Sequence record: PV764603.1
Strand: one strand, 5' to 3'
DNA: 64,000 nt
The notes beneath the pieces were generated by a model. That model was not told the origin of the DNA, searched no databases, and saw only the letters and a program-made list of their open reading frames with translations. Shown piece after piece: positions 63,084-64,000 of this stretch (position 1 is the stretch's first letter; every line of letters begins with the position of its first letter). The position numbers were made by a program, and so were the translations under genes.

Positions 63084-63094
63084 CCGGAGCCAAC

Positions 63095-63361
63095 ATGAAA
63101 GTACGAGCCGAAGTAATTACCCGTGAGAACGTTGATGTTGAAATCAACGTCAACGACGTGTTCACCAACATCCTGTCCAAGCTGCGTACCGAGAGTAACG
63201 TTCCCTCTGACGCCTATATCAACAACAATGGGGAGTGGGAATCTTGGGATGACCTTGGGGGCCGTGGCAGTGGTCTTACCACCGTACACCGTCCGGCGAC
63301 CGCTACTGAGCGCTCCCTGTACGAATCCATTGCACAGGTTCGGTCCTACACTAACGCATGA
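63095..63361 (+). CDS. Hypothetical protein (88 aa)
   Basis: GGAG RBS; ATGA overlap with the next gene. Confidence 0.65.
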   Translation: MKVRAEVITRENVDVEINVNDVFTNILSKLRTESNVPSDAYINNNGEWESWDDLGGRGSGLTTVHRPATATERSLYESIAQVRSYTNA

Positions 63362-64000
63362 GTACCGAAGCGGGCGGCGAGGTTACACCGTTTCAGCCTC
63401 GTGACCATTCGCCCCTCCTAGCGGAACTAGGAAGTCTGGACGCAGCCGCTCTCATGGAGCGGTTGGGTTCGGGAAGCATGGTGCGGGCAGATGAGGATGA
63501 ATACAAGACGCAGAGCAAGCCAGTTCGGTCTCCCAACGTCTACTGGCAGGCTCCAACCGATTGTTGGATTTTCCTTTCCGGAAAAGCCGCCGATCAATTT
63601 GATGTAACAGGGCAGCGCGTCTGGAAGACTGAGGAAGAACGCCAGCAGGCCCTCATGCGCGAGCTAGTCATTGACGAACTGGATGTCTCTGACGAAGACA
63701 AGGAATCATTTACCAAGACGTTGGAGCAAAGCTCCAACGCGTTCTACAGGGAGCTACTGCGACTGTGTGCGGTCCAACTCGGATACAACTCCGCGACGGA
63801 CAAGATCATGCAGACGATGCAACTGCTCCTTGACGATCCGCATTTCACATTGAAGGACGTACAGATCAAGTCTACCCTACGCGACCTCGTAGACCTCAAG
63901 TTCACGGAAGCTATAGCCAAGCAGCTTAGGCTAGGCGACGTTAACGGGGTTTTGAACGCACGCATGGCAGCCTTGGCTCAATTCATTCCAAGAAATCCTG
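63358..64000 (+). CDS. Hypothetical protein, truncated by the window end (not in the ORF track)
   Basis: Open from ATG 63358 (MSTEAGGEVTPFQPRDHS...) to the window end with no stop. Confidence 0.65.
   Translation, partial: MSTEAGGEVTPFQPRDHSPLLAELGSLDAAALMERLGSGSMVRADEDEYKTQSKPVRSPNVYWQAPTDCWIFLSGKAADQFDVTGQRVWKTEEERQQALMRELVIDELDVSDEDKESFTKTLEQSSNAFYRELLRLCAVQLGYNSATDKIMQTMQLLLDDPHFTLKDVQIKSTLRDLVDLKFTEAIAKQLRLGDVNGVLNARMAALAQFIPRNP

Noticed and set aside
1-64000. tRNA, rRNA, CRISPR array, integrase or alternative genetic code
   Set aside because: No cloverleaf, regularly spaced repeats or recombinase motifs were seen; genes end normally at TAA, TGA and TAG with intact domains under code 11.

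Overview
This window is a gene-dense, almost entirely plus-strand segment of a large T4-like-tailed (myovirus) bacteriophage genome. It is probably a jumbo phage of a Gram-negative host; the resemblance to the RSL1/Lu11/PaBG type is from recall and was not searched. From 0.1 to 16.7 kb it holds baseplate wedge genes (gp25-, gp6- and gp7-like), a tail-collar fibre, an S74-chaperoned tail fibre, a Hint-domain adhesin plus a stand-alone pseudo-Hint, GH108 and GH19 lysins, i/o-spanins, a beta-helix tailspike and a split LapG-like transglutaminase protease. From 16.8 to 19.2 kb there is an inverted three-gene block including a Zn-ribbon-RuvC fusion. From 19.4 to 51.1 kb are neck and head proteins, His-rich putative internal head proteins, an SprT metalloprotease coupled to a type IB topoisomerase, a holin candidate, a head fibre, a long proximal fibre and twin distal fibres, an Acb1-like anti-CBASS 2H phosphodiesterase, a TerS candidate, an HNH nuclease and a 1623-aa SNF2 ATPase. 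From 51.2 to 64 kb is the replication and nucleotide module: UDG-like-PolA, QueE, DHFR, a P-loop kinase, a sliding clamp, FolE, UvsY/UvsW-like proteins, a degenerate helicase loader and DnaB. The most unusual signals are (1) a family of covarying intergenic hairpins with CANGGAYG cores matching the CsrA/RsmA binding consensus, (2) the Hint plus pseudo-Hint adhesin module, (3) the SprT-TopIB pair reminiscent of SPRTN/Wss1-Top1 crosslink repair, (4) the LapG-like protease split into a lipoprotein and a catalytic ORF, and (5) Acb1 plus partial 7-deazaguanine genes as anti-defence functions. No tRNA, rRNA, CRISPR array or integrase was seen. All family assignments come from motif recognition by eye, not database searches.
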